From: the human T2T-CHM13v2.0 reference genome, Homo sapiens
Assembly (NCBI RefSeq): GCF_009914755.1
Contig: NC_060935.1
Strand: one strand, 5' to 3'
Length of the DNA stretch: 64,000 nucleotides
Positions 43,385 through 59,640 of the stretch are shown here, in pieces (positions within the stretch are counted from its first letter, which is position 1; the number at the start of each line of letters is the position of its first letter). The position numbers were made by a program, and so were the translations under genes. The notes under the pieces were generated by a model. That model saw only the letters and a program-made list of their open reading frames with translations, searched no databases and was not told where the DNA came from.

Positions 43385-44810
43385 TGTAAAGAATAACAAT
43401 GACAACCATATTGAGTACTTACTATGCAGGGCAGGAATTATCTAATTCTTTTACAAGCTTTATCCTATTTGATTCTTACAGTAAACCTGAATATTATTTA
43501 TTTTATTTTGAGGAAACTGAGTCTAAGTAACTTGCTTAAAATCACAGAGTCCAGAAGTGGCAGATTTTTACCTAGGAGTTCTAATTCCTAGTAGAAACCA
43601 CATTAACCTAATAGGATTAACCGAATAGGATCCCCTCTACATTACTCTCAAGCACTGCTCTCTGTTAATTTCTTTCATTGATTTTACCATAATTTACAAT
43701 TATGATTGTATTTGTTTGTCTTGTTTATTGCATTTCACTCCTCTTCTAAATGTCACAAGGGCATATACCATGTTTGTTTTATTCACCAATACTTTTCACC
43801 CACACAGTAGGTGCTCAAAAACTATCTGATGTTGTGAGTGAATAAGTGTCTAATGTATTTTGGCTAACATCATAATCATTATGATCATCTTCTTCATTGC
43901 TTATGTTCACACCTTCCATACTATGTTGTAAGTTGTCGATTTACATCCCTTTCCTCTCTTAGACTATGAAAACTTTAATGTCAGTACCTCTGTCTCTTTT
44001 TTATCTTGGACCCTAACCTGACACTCAGTAGACCCTCACAGATATTAACTGCATGAATGAAATGGAATTAAACCCTTTTAGAGCAGAAATAGGAGTCTGA
44101 GAATTGAGACATGGAGTTTGTGTGTCCCCATGGAGGAAAGCATTAAAAGAAATAGAGAATCCATTCAAGTAGCAGATGCTGCTGGGAATGTCATGATGGG
44201 TTGGGGTGAGGCCCAGAGAAGTTGGGGAGGCAGGCCATCAGGACACCAGGCTCCAAACAGTCATGGGAGTGCTCCAGGTGTTGAGGGCAAATGTCCCAGG
44301 TAAATGTCCCAGGGGTTGGGGGGCAGACAGCACAGACAAATGCCTCAGGAGTAGAGGGCAGTTGGATGAGGCTAGCGCTACTCTAAAAACCGGCTCTGAT
44401 CTAGGAGGTAGGTTGAAAGAACCATCACTTAGCCCTTTACTGGGTGGGAAAATGCTTAAGTAAAATGAAAAGGAACATTATTTTCACCAGAAAACAGCTT
44501 TTCCTTTCTTAACTGTAATAAAGCCTGTCATTTGTTTCATATCCTTTCCTAATAGAAACTTCCCCTGACCTTCTCTGTAGCAGGTCAGTACACTTGGTCT
44601 TTGTTCTCAAAGGCCTGTGTGATTTCTCTTTGTAATAATATTATAATTTTAACTGATTAATTGTACAACTCTTGGTTTATGTCTATCTACCCACTGGACT
44701 ATTGACTCCGTGGTTATTCTATTCACTGACTTATCCCCAGCAACTAGCATGGTGCCTATTAGTTATTAATTAGTTACTATTATTATTAGTCAATCATTTA
44801 TTGAATTAAA
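43385..44810. mobile_element. Cluster of an antisense MIR (about 43385-43610) and several sense L2 tails
   Basis: tattgagtacttactatg...tgaggaaactgag; cacagtaggtgctcaaaaa; cactggactattgactccgtg. Confidence 0.6.
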
Positions 44811-47684
44811 CATGACCATAGTAGAGGAAGTGCTATGATCAAGTATATGGTTTTTATTCCCCGGGGAAGCCTATCACCAGCCCATCACTGAGGCCCTCTG
44901 CATGCCACTGTCTTGGACACATCAATGAAGCCCTAACGGTGAAAATATAGGCACACCACCCAGCACAGTCCCTGGCATATAGTAGGCATCACATGCCTGT
45001 TAGTGGCTTTGCCTCCCCAACTCTCTCCCTCAGCTCTTTTATGCAAGTTGTCAAGTATAAATTATAAATAATGAATAATCACAAACAAGCCACAATACAT
45101 AAAATCAATTAAATACACATTTGCATCTTTATATGCCAGGAATGTTAGGGAAGTTCCTGGCCCTATGTCCAAGATGCCGGCACTCTGCACTATGGTTCTC
45201 GGAAAGAGTCACCTGGGGAATTTAGGCATGGAAGTTCCTGAGCCCCACTTCTAGACATTCTGATTCAATGTACCTCTGGTGTGTTTAGAATACTGCTCAT
45301 TGAAACTTTAGGAGGCTCAGAATATTTCCTTCCTGTAATATTTCCTAAAAGGAAAGATAACTGCAGGAGTCACTGGCAGAAGTGAAAGCAAGGTTGTTGA
45401 GACTCCCAGGTGTTAGCGAACAAGCTTGGTTTTCCCCACGGGCAGGGATCTCAGACCTGGCTGATTAGTAGCATCTCCTTGATAGAAGTATTTTAAAGAT
45501 GAAGACTCCTGGACTCCACACGAGGAACTAGGTATGGGGATTCTGATCAACCAGATCTGAGAATTGCTGAATGATGGGTTGAGTACTTAGTTAAGTGTAA
45601 TGACCGACCTTTGTCCTAAGGCCCTTTCTTATGTCTCCACTATCCTGATACACTGACATACAAGCTCAGCCCTGGACAGTTCATGGGGAGGAACTTCAGT
45701 CTCATCAGATAACAGGCTGGGAGAAAACTGAGACTTTGGGTTATGACCCTGAGCCCATCATGGCAAGGCAGCATGAGACTTTTCTCCTCCTCCCTAGGAC
45801 TCCTTGTTCCTCATAGAGCTGCTCCTGCAACTGAGACCCAACTCATTTGTTTGCTGGGTCCTTGTGGTTTCCATTCCCAGGGATGGAACCTGCTGGATCA
45901 TTTACGGGTTAGAAACCGGGATCTTAGTTAACATCTGTTGCTACCTACCTGGCCTCAACTACTATCTACTGCTTGAACTGATGCTCATTCTATGGCTCCC
46001 CTCAGATGTGTCTACCTCTGTCTCCCTCTTCTGATTAGTCCTTGTATATAGTCAATTTTCTCAATCACATCTTTCTGTGAGCACTGAGCATTCGTCTTCC
46101 CAACTGTCCCTATAAGGCCATGTTCTATGCTTACCCAGCATGCCTTGCATGACTGCCAAAAACCATGCTTCACATTTTGCTATACATAACAGTATTCATT
46201 CCATGTTCATGTAAATCATTTTGCATTTTAAAGAAATCATTTTGTTTTATTGTGTGTGTGTATATATTTGGCAGGGAGGGGTCAAATTAATTATGAATCT
46301 TTCATCCCCCAAATTATTCATAAAGCCAGCACCATTTGCATCTTAAATAGTCTCCAGGAATTCAAAGAAAGAATGTGCCATAGTCACAATGATAAACTCA
46401 ATAATAATTAGAATTATTCCCAGGCTGTTAAGTAATGCAGACAAATTAAAACATTTTCAGTTGAGCTTATTATATTCTAATAAAATGAAAGCATAGCTAA
46501 AGGGCAATATTGGGTATCAGCTGGTCTATTACCAATTCTACATTCTCTTAGGCTATTTATATACGTCCAAGGTGCTTATATAGGCTCAAAAATGATAAAG
46601 AAATGATCACCATCACTTCAAACCTGTGGACTGAAAAAACAAAAACAGAACAAATAAAACAAAAGCAAAAAACCTTTTATCAATATAGTTGATTCTTCTA
46701 TTAGAATTTGTCACCACCACTGATCTAATAAGTAACCCATTTAAAAGAGTTTTTCCAGAGATTTTTAATGTAACTTTTCCTTTTCAATACCAGTATGCCC
46801 TACATTACAAATGTTGGCCAGCCTTGAGTTTTATTTTGTTCTATTCTACCCTTCCCTACCTAATCTGCTCCTGTCCTGTTTTATTTATTCTCTATGGTCC
46901 TATCCAGCCTAGCCTATTTGATTTTATGCAGTATAATATATAAATTCATTTTATGCAGTATAATACATGACCAAGGTGATTGGTCACCTACAACATTCCA
47001 GGAACTTCAGGCAATGAAGAGACAAAACAAGTTGGAGATTTTGCTCTTAACCTTTTTGGCTTCAGCGTGGAGTGAGACTATGAGAAGTACACAGGTTACT
47101 ATACAATAGGGCAGGCCTGTGATGTGAGGGGACCAGGGTATCATGGGAGAAACAAATGTGACAACAGGAAGAGACTGGTGCAGGGGCGGTGATCAAGGAT
47201 GGCAATAAGCATGTTCACAGACTGCCCTGACATCCTGATGTCTCATCACAGCATTCTAGGAAAAACAGGCTGCAGAGGGAAAGATCACCAGGCTGTTAGA
47301 GATACAAGATCAGTAATAAAAACAACAAACCAAAGCCACAGCTCTATTTGTTCTGTACACATTATACAAATGGCTAAAAACAAAACAAAACAAAACTCGC
47401 AATAGAAAATAGCCACAAAAGAAATGAAGACTTGCAGTACATCAGATGAAAAGACTGTCTGTATGCCTTAGCTGCCTAGAGCACCTGCTGCCGTCTCGCT
47501 GTCTTCTCCATTTTCCTACCTCTCCACCAAATATTTTTCCTCTTCACATTGTTGCTCACCTGGCTGAGCAATTCACTTACTTTACTCTCATCCATTCTTA
47601 GAATGGATCAACTATAAAACCTATCAAACACATAGGACCTATGTGCTCACCTTTGGGAACACAAAAATGCTAATGATATTGATT

Positions 47685-47980
47685 ACCCTAATAATAGCTA
47701 CCATTTTGGGAGCACCTCCCATGTGCCAGTCATTATGGGTATTATTTCTACTTTTTGTAACCACAGGTGATGTTGGGACAATCATTATCCCTAGACAAGA
47801 ATGAAGTTAAGAGAGTCAGTGACACACAGATTAAGACTGCATAAATAGTTGTTAAATGAATTAATGTGTGACTAAAATACGGATAAATGGAGGGTGGTCC
47901 AAAGTAACTCTGTAGTAAGTGGTGGAGTGTGGTCTTGAACCATGAAATATTGAAGACTTTGCTCTTAACCACAGCACTAT
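47685..47980 (-). mobile_element. MIR SINE
   Basis: taataatagctaccattttgggagcacctcccatgtgccag...tgctcttaaccacagcactata. Confidence 0.65.
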
Positions 47981-49969
47981 ATTAAGACTAAGCTTTGGTG
48001 GGGAGACAGCTGTGGAAGGGGTGATCGCTGGAGGAATCTCTGTTGCAAACAAGGACAGGGAGGGGGGTACTGGAGAGCTGGCCTGGATTTGGGAGAGGGC
48101 CCAGGAGCTGCCAGATAGAAAGGGTGGGGGGCTTTGCCAAGATATGCTTCAATGAAGCTATGTCAGTCTGAAGCAATCTTTTTAACCCTTCCCTCTTCTA
48201 CATTACTCAACTTCAGTTTCTTCTGTCAGCTTCCTGCCTCCCTGGCATGGTTTCCAGTTTCCTCACCATCTTTGTCACCTGTCCTTGGCTACACTCCATT
48301 TTTTTAGATTTCTTTAAAAGTGCATATATATTGTGATTTCCAATTGCCTGCTGACACTTCTTAGCCAGAAAATTTTGAAGAAAAACTGAAGAATTTTAAT
48401 TTTTTATTATTTTAATTTAAAAAACTATGAAACTATTTCAGGACATCATACAAATTGGCAAAAATTCAACTTTGTATTTATACCCGCTAAAGATTACTGA
48501 GGAAGAAGCTACAAATCCTGTGAAAAATTTGAAGGCTTGTTCTGGCTAGAGAATTGCAGGAAGGGAACACTGAAGAATCCAAGTACAGTTAGGGATTGTC
48601 ATCAAAGAAACCCCAGGGTCCTTCTAAGTAGGAAAATTGATGAGAGAATCTGAATTTTTATTCACCCCCTTGATATCAAGCAGAAACTCCCACACAAGCC
48701 TCTTTATTCCCCATAATAGTCTTCAGAGCACCTTGCACCATACATGTATTTTTCTTCCGTTACAAACTCATTTGCACGTGTCAGCACTAATTTTCAAATG
48801 TGCCTTGAAGCAGTGAAAAATGAAACTTCAGATTGGTAGCAGCTTTCAAATAGCGTTCACCCACAGCTGGCTCTCAACTTTTACTTGTTATTAAAAAGGA
48901 GGAAAAGGCGAAATTGGTATTTTTTTTATTGCTCTAATTAAGCCTTTAAAGGCTGCAACCACATAGAAAAGAGATGGGGAGGAAGAGGGGCAAACAACAA
49001 CAAAACAAAGCTCTTGCTTTAGAAATAAAAGTGCCAACTAATAAAATTCACAAAGACAAACTCCTCTGCAATTACTGTCTTCTCAAACTCGAGGTCCCTC
49101 ATCTGTACTCCTGAAAGAGGTGGGCATAACTGAAGCAAAGAACTGTTTACTTTCTGGGGGAAAACATGGTCCTGAGGTGGGGATTGGTATAGACTGAAAG
49201 GAAGGAAAGAAACAAAACATCCCTTACAGACTGTACTAAGCTTCTAATGGGATAAGTCTCCCACTGGAAGAAGTACATACTATTAGAGGCAGAGAGTATT
49301 GGTAAAGCCACTAGCTCTTCACTGAGACTGAAACCAGACTATGCAATTCTGTGAGAACTGCAATGAAGATTCTGAGCTTTCTGCTAAGCAGAAGTCATTG
49401 AAATAATTTTCAAGATGAGAGTGACAAGTTTGTATTTTATTTTCTGAAAGATCATTGGCTTTGGGGAATGGCAGATTGGGGTGAGGCAGGTAGAAAGGAG
49501 GGAAACCAATAAAGAGCCTGTTGCACAATTGAAGTGGCAGCTTGAATAAGGGGCATGGCAGAAGAATGGAGAGAAGCAAAAAAGTGAGACAAAGTAAGTA
49601 AAATACTACATGGCAATTGCTTTGGTATGCATGTTTGTAAGGCGGTGGGGCTGTTGAGGAAGAGGCAGAGGGAAATGTCTAGAATGTGACCAGAATTTGC
49701 AGAGGGAACAAAAGGCTAAAAGTTTAAACTTCTTTGGAATTAAAATTTTGCAGACTCATCATTGGAAACTGTGACTCTAGGGCATAATTTAAATATCCTT
49801 CTTCCTCTCATTTCCTTTAGAAAGATGGATCTATAGCCTATTTGTTCCCATTCCATGCAATACCCTGTGTACTTTAAGAATTTGGTGCCATTAAAAGAAA
49901 GAGAATATGCTACAGCAATTCAAATTACTACCATAATGGCAAGGTGGAATAGACAGGAGCTGTGGTGTC

Positions 49970-52440
49970 ACGGAACTTCCTCAAACTAATAAAAGACATC
50001 TAAAAAACCTAAGTTCAGCTTATACTTAATGGTGAAGACTAAATTTTTCATCCTATAACTAGGAACAAAGCAAAGATGTCTTGTTCGACATTATAATAGA
50101 ATTTCATTCGACATTATAATAGACTTTCTAGCCTATTGAATAAAGCAAGAAAAAGAAAAGATAAACAGGTTGGAGAGTACAAAGTAACAATGTCTTTATT
50201 TGGAGAAGACATAATTATGTATGTAGAATATCTGTTGGAATCCATAATCAATATTTTAGAACTAATAAATTTGGTAAAATTTAAAGCATACAAAATCAAT
50301 ATAAAATCAATTGTATTTCTATATATTAACGATATAAAAAGAAATAAAAATTAAAAACAAAGCATTTACAATAGCTTCAATAATATGAAAGGCTTAGGAT
50401 AAATCTGAGAAAAATACATAAGACCTATATGCCACAAACTATAAAATATTGCAGAAATTGAAGAAGTTCTAAATAAATGGAGAGCTATGCCATGTTTATA
50501 GTTTGGGTGACTCAAATTGTTAAGATATAAATTATTGCCAAATTGATTTACACATGAAACACCATCTCAATCAAAATCTCAGCAGAATTTTTGGTAGGAA
50601 ATTACAAGATTACTGTAAAATTCATATGGAAATGCATAATATTAAAGCCAAAAACAACTGTGAAAAAGAACAGGTGGAGAAGTTGCACTATTTGATTTTA
50701 AGACTTACTATAAATCTATAGAAATAAATGTGGTGAATACAGTGTAATACTGGCATTAAGATATACAAATAAATAATGGAACAGAATAGACTCACGCACA
50801 TATGGCCGATTTACTGTTTTACAAAGGTGCAAAGCCAGTTTAGTAGAGGAAGAATAGTCTTTTCAACAAACATTGCTGGAACTATCAGATTGCTATATAC
50901 AAAAAAAAACAAAAGAATTTTGTTTCATTCCTCACAATATAGAAAAATTAATGCAAAATGAATCACAGATATGAATGTAAAATGTAAAACATCAAACTTC
51001 TAGAGAGACATATAGAAGAAAATATTTTTGACTATGGGTTAAGTAACAAGTTCTTAAATTATCAAAAGCAGAATTCATAAGAGAAAAAATTGATAAATTA
51101 GACTTCATTAATATTAAGAACTGCTTTTTAATAGACACTCTTTAGATAATAAAAAGAGGCAAAACTAGGAAAAATATATATAAACACATATTTGATACAT
51201 CATATATTCAGAATTTATTTTTTAAAAACCATCAAGGCCGGGTGCAGTGGCTCATGCCTGTAATCCTGGTACTTTGGGAGGCCGAGGTGGATGGGTCACC
51301 TGAGTTCAGGAGTTCAAGACCAGCCTGGCCAACATGGCAAAACCTGTCTCTACTAAAAATACAAAAATTAGATGAATGTGGTGGTGGACACCTGTAATTC
51401 TAGCTACTTGGGAGGCTGAGGCAGGAGAATCGCTTGAACCTGGGTGGATGGGCGGCAGAGGGTGGAGGGTTGCAGTGAGCTGAGATTGCGCCACTTCACT
51501 CCAGCCTTGGCAAAAGAGTGAGACTCCATCTCAAAAAAATAAATTAATAAAATGAAATAAAAATAAAAACCACCAAAACTCAGTAATAAGTAAACAAACA
51601 AGACAAATTTTAAAAGTAAAAACAAATTGAACACATTTTTCACCAAATAGGATACATAAATGGCCAAGAAGCATAGGAAAAAATGCTCAACATTAGTATT
51701 CAGTAGGAAAATGCAAATTAAAATCACAAGGAGATATCATCATACATATTGAAATGTCTAAAATCCAAAAACATGACCCTACTAAATGTTGATGACCATG
51801 TGAATCAACTCAAATTCTCCTATTCTGTTACTGCGAATATAAAATGGTATTTACTTTGGTAAATAGTTTGGCAGTTCCAAAATAAGTTAAACATACACCT
51901 ACCACATGACTCAGCTATTCTACCCTAGGGTACTTACACAAGAGAAATGAGGACTGTCCATACAAAGAGCTATCCATGTACAGCCATGTACAGCTTCATT
52001 TATAATAGCCCCAAACTAAAAGCAACACAAACATCCATCAACAAGTAAATAGATAAAAAATTGTGGTATATCCCTACAACAGAATACTACTGACAATTAA
52101 AAGAAAATTAACTATGTACACACAGACCAATATGAATGAATTTCAAAATAATTATGCTGAGTGAAAGGAAACAGCCAACAAAAAAAAAAAGAATAAAAAC
52201 TGAATGATTCCGTTTACTAATCTGCAGTGACCAAAGGAATATCAATGGTTGCCTGGAATGGAAAAAGAACAGGGAGTGGCAGGTGGGAGGAATTACAAGG
52301 AGGCACAAGGAAACTTTTTGAAGGAGTAGATATGTACATTATCTTGATTATGTTTCATGGGTGCACACATATCTCAAAACTTACCCAATTGCACACTTTA
52401 TGTGTAGTTTATTATTTGATTACATTGTACTTAAATATAG
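49970..52440 (+). mobile_element. Old 5'-truncated L1 (L1MC/L1MD-type): ORF2 RT-to-end relic and 3' UTR
   Basis: ORF 50136-50354 SLFGEDIIMYVE...ELINLVKFKAYKINIKSIVFLY is a decayed FADD region; 3' UTR atgaatttcaaaataattatgctgagtgaaagg. Confidence 0.85.
51236..51563 (+). mobile_element. AluSx-like element with a 16-bp G-rich insertion
   Basis: full dimer; TSD taaaaaccatcaa (51223-51235) / taaaaaccaccaa (51564-51576). Confidence 0.93.
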
Positions 52441-52519
52441 CTGCTTTTTTAAAAGCTTTATCTGTATGCAAACAAGTTTTATTTTGAATTCCTGGAGCCT
52501 ACATTCTAAGCATGTTTTT

Positions 52520-52828
52520 GTGTGTGTGTTTTTTGTTTTTGTTTTTGTTTTAAGACAAAGTCTCACTCTGTTGCCCAGGCTGGAGTGCAGTGGTACTATC
52601 TTGGCTCACTGCAATCTCCACCTTCCGGGTCTAGGCAATTCTTCCTCAGTCTTCCGAATAGTTGAGATTACAGGCATGCACCACCATGCCCGGCAAATTT
52701 TTGTATTTTTAGTAGAAACGGGGTTTCACCATATTGGCTAGGCTGGTCTTGAACTCTTGACCTCGTGATCCACCCACCTCGGCCTCCCAAAGTGCTGGGA
52801 TTACAGGCGTGAGCCACTGCACCCAGCC
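52520..52828 (-). mobile_element. AluSg-like element
   Basis: ggctggtcttgaactcttgacctcgtgatcc; TSD TAAGCATGT(T/A)TTT starting at 52507 and 52829. Confidence 0.92.
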
Positions 52829-53955
52829 TAAGCATGTATTTACAATCTGCATATATAGACCAGGATATTTCTAAAAGTGATAGAGGCCAACTCCTTAGGT
52901 GCCTAGTGGGCTTTCCCTGAGAGGGGCATGTTCTGCTGTGGGAGAAAATGGAAAGTAGGTTTCTCCTAAGATCCATTTCTATCTTCAAGGGCCTAGAAAA
53001 ATGGGCAGCCACACCTCACAAAGGGAGAGCCGATTAGCAGAGGAGCAATGTTTTGCCAGGCATATTCCTGGTCACTTGAGGTGTCCCCCAATTAGGATGG
53101 TAACTGGACTAACATTTGGGGCCTCCTCAAATCACATTCTCTTGCCGTACTTGCAAAGGCCTCTCATTCAAAGGAGGATCTGCTTTTCCTAGTCTTAATT
53201 ATCTTTCAAGAGAAGAACCTTAAACCTTTGTTCCTGAACATTTTCTTGGGATATAGCACTGAGTATACGACTCTATTATAACTTTTAATGCGATCCTTTG
53301 TTTAGAGCTTAATTTATACATTTATAAGGATGATAAAAACTATATATCTAGCTCCCGTTGAGGTGCCCTAAATCTTTTACACACACTGTCTTATTTAATC
53401 CTTAGGACAATCCTGTGTGTGGTATTATTACATATATTACAGATAAGAAAACTGAGGATTAAAAGGTTGTTTGCTCAAGGAAATACTGTGCTATTTTAGG
53501 AATGGATATTTAAACCTAGATCCAGCTGACTACAAAGCCAGTGATACAAACTACTTTTCTATTGCTCATTTATTGATTGCTTCTTTTTTCAAAAAAATTG
53601 AGACATCTTGTTATAAACACAATATAAATTAGTATACCTTTCCATTGAAATTGTGCCCTAGAGGAAATATCTGTTTCTTACAGTAGACCATGAGGGCTGA
53701 GAACTCTTCTTGATCAATTTTTCACTAATTCCTGATACAATGTAGCTACATAATAAAGTTTGGCCAAATGTGTATGTTAAGATAATCCAGGCCTAGAGAA
53801 TTTTGCTTACTGTTAAAAAAAAAAAAAAAAAAAAGAAATAGAGAAGAGGAATAAAGGAGAAACTTTCTCGTTTATATATCTCCTAAGAAGGAGGGCAAGT
53901 TTAAATGTTCAAAGTAAGAAAGTTTTCCACTTTGGCTTTAGAATGGTGTTACACT

Positions 53956-53958
<3 letters not shown>

Positions 53959-53996
<38 letters not shown>
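53959..53996. repeat. (TA)19 microsatellite occupying the L1PA tail position
   Basis: pure TA run immediately adjacent to aactttaagttctagggtacatgtgcac. Confidence 0.95.
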
Positions 53997-54000
<4 letters not shown>

Positions 54001-55218
54001 TTAAGTTCTAGGGTACATGTGCACAACGTGCAGGTTTGTTACCTATATATACATGTGCCATGTTGGTGTGCTGCACCCATTAACTCATCATTTACATTAG
54101 GTATATCTCCTAATGCTATCCCTTCCCCTTACCCCCACCCCATGACAGGCCCCAGTGTGTGGTGTTCCCTGCCCTGTGTCCAAGTGTTCTCATTGTTCAA
54201 TTCCCACCTATGAGTGAGAACTTGTGGTGTTTTGTTTTTGTCCTTGCCATAGTTTGCTGAGAATGATGGTTTCCAGCTTCATCCATGTCCCTACAAAGGA
54301 TATGAACTCATCCTTTTTTATGGCTGCATAGTATTCCATGGTGTATATGTGCCACATTTTCTTAATCCAGTCTATCATTGATGGGCATTTGGGTTGGTTC
54401 CAAGTCTTTGCTATTGTGAATAGTGCCGCAATGAACATACGTGTGCGTCTTTATAGCAGCATGATTTATAATCCTTTGGGTATATATACCCAGTAAAGGG
54501 ATGGCTGGGTCAAATAGTATTTCTAGTTCTAGATCCTTGAGGAATCGCCACACTGACTTCCATAATGGTTGAACTAGTTTAGAGTGCCACCAACAGTGTA
54601 AAAGTGTTCCTATTTCTCCACATCCTCCCCAGCACCTGTTGTTTCCTGACTTTTTAATGATTGCCATTCTAACTGGTGTGAGATGGTATCTCATTGTGGT
54701 TTTGATTTGCATTTCTCTCATGGCCAGTGATGATGAGCATTTTTTCATGTGTCTGTTGGCTGCATAAATGTCTTCTTTTGAGAAGTGTCTGTTCATACCC
54801 TTCACCCACTTGTTGATAGGGTTGTTTTTTCTTGTAAATTTGTTTGAGTTCTTTGTAGACTCTGGATATTAGCCCTTTGTCAGATGAGTAGATTGCAAAC
54901 ATTTTCTCCCATTTTGTAGGTTGCCTGTTCACTCTGATGGTAGTTTCTTTTGCTGTGCAGAAGCTCTTTAGTTTAATTAGATCCCATTTGTCAATTTTGG
55001 CTTTTGTTGCCATTGCTTTTGGTGTTTTAGACATGAAGTCCTTGCCCATGTCTATGTCCTGAATGGTATGGCCTAGGTTTTCTTCTAGGGTTTTTATGGT
55101 TTTAGGTCTAACATTTAAGTATTTAATCCATTTTGAATTAATTTTTGTATAAGCTGTAAGGAAGGGATCCACTTTCAGCTTTCTACATATGGCTAGCCAG
55201 TTTTCCCAGCACCATTTA

Positions 55219-56070
<852 letters not shown>

Positions 56071-56310
56071 TCATATCCAGCCAAACTAAACTTCATAAGT
56101 GAAGGAGAAACAAAATCCTTTACAGACAAGCAAATGCTGAGAGATTTTGTCACCACCAGGCCTGCCCTAAAAGAGCTCCTGAAGGAAGCACTAAACATGC
56201 AAAGGCGCAACTGATACCAGCCACTGCAAAAACATGCCAAATTGTAAAGACCATCAATGCTAGGAAGAAACTGCATCAACTAACGAGCAAAATAACCAGC
56301 TAACATCATA

Positions 56311-58302
<1,992 letters not shown>

Positions 58303-58438
58303 AGGCTATTTCTATTTGATTTGTCAGGAAATCTCAGAAGCACTAATTTGACTACTGCATCAGGAACTCTGGAATATCAGGATGGGCCTACAGGGCTGAG
58401 ACAAATGTAGAATGCAATCGTTGCGCACCAGAACCACC

Positions 58439-58588
58439 AGAAGAAAGAAAGAAAGAAAAAGAAAAATAAAGAGACAAACAGAGAGAAAGAAAAGAAAATA
58501 AAGAGAAAGAAAGAAGAAAAAGAAGGAAGAAAAGAAAGAAAGAGAGAAAGAAAGAAAGACGAAGAAAGAAAGAAGAAAAATAGGGAGG
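58439..58588. repeat. (GAAA)n-like polypurine tract
   Basis: about 150 bp of A/G with only about six pyrimidines. Confidence 0.92.
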
Positions 58589-58704
58589 CCATTGATACCA
58601 GGACTATTTCCACGAAAGTCGGGAAGTGCACCCTGAGCTAGGTTAGTTTTACAGTACTGAATCAGCATTGGGGTAATGGCTAAGAAAGTACAATGCCAGA
58701 TAAA

Positions 58705-58939
58705 AATAGCAACGGTAACTACACTTATTGAAATCTTACTGTGTTCCAGGCACTGGTGCTAAGAGCTTTGTATGTATTGTCTCATCTCTTCTTTCCAACA
58801 GCCTGGTAGTGAATCTATAGGAACTATTACACCTGCATTTTACAGATAATAAAACTGAGATACAAAATGTTTCAGTAACTCGCCCAAGATTAAACAAACA
58901 GAGACAGATCTGGCATTCTTAACTCCTGCACTATGATAA
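58705..58939 (-). mobile_element. MIR SINE
   Basis: cacttattgaaatcttactgtgttccaggcactggtgctaagagcttt...cattttacagataataaaactgaga. Confidence 0.8.
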
Positions 58940-59419
58940 GACACCACAGGAAGTCCCACACTGTCACCCTGGTGTTGATCAGCTAAGGCTGGGTGTTGGG
59001 AGAGTTGGGCTGTAGTGCTACTCCTAGCCGGTGTGAGCCCTTTTGGACCCAGAGGACAGGGGAGACTAGAGGTAGGTGATTCTTCCTCCTAATGAGTCAT
59101 ATTTCCGTGTGTTGGAGGGGGCAGGGGAACAAGTCAGAATCATACTTAGGACAAGGGGTGGGAGGCACTGGGGTGTTCAGAGTTAGAATTCCCAAAGAAA
59201 AAGGAATGGGGAACTACAGCAAACCACGTTTTCATCTGGACTCCTGTAGGATCCCATGTTTTTATTGATTCTTCACATAGTGGCACATTCAGCATACAGT
59301 TTTGTTGAGTGCCTACTATTTACCAGGCACCGTGATATCAGTGCATAGTAATGATCTGGTTTCTTCTCCTCTAGTTCCCCAACTGCTTGGGAGTTCTCTG
59401 TGTAGTCAGTAAGGAACAA

Positions 59420-59640
59420 AATGCCTAGCATGTCTAGGTGAATGAAGAACGACTTGGATTTAAATCCTGGATCTGTCACGTGATAGCTGTGAAGCCTTGG
59501 CCAAGTACTTAATTTCTCTAGATCTTAGTTACCCTGAATGTAAAGTGAAAATTTTATGTTTTGTAAGTACATAAAGACCAAGGGAAATAATGCTTGTGAA
59601 AGCACTTTATAAAATGCAAAGTGCCATGTAAGTGTTACTT
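59420..59640 (+). mobile_element. MIR SINE
   Basis: gacttggatttaaatcctggatctgtcac...tagctgtgaagccttggccaagtacttaatttctct. Confidence 0.8.
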
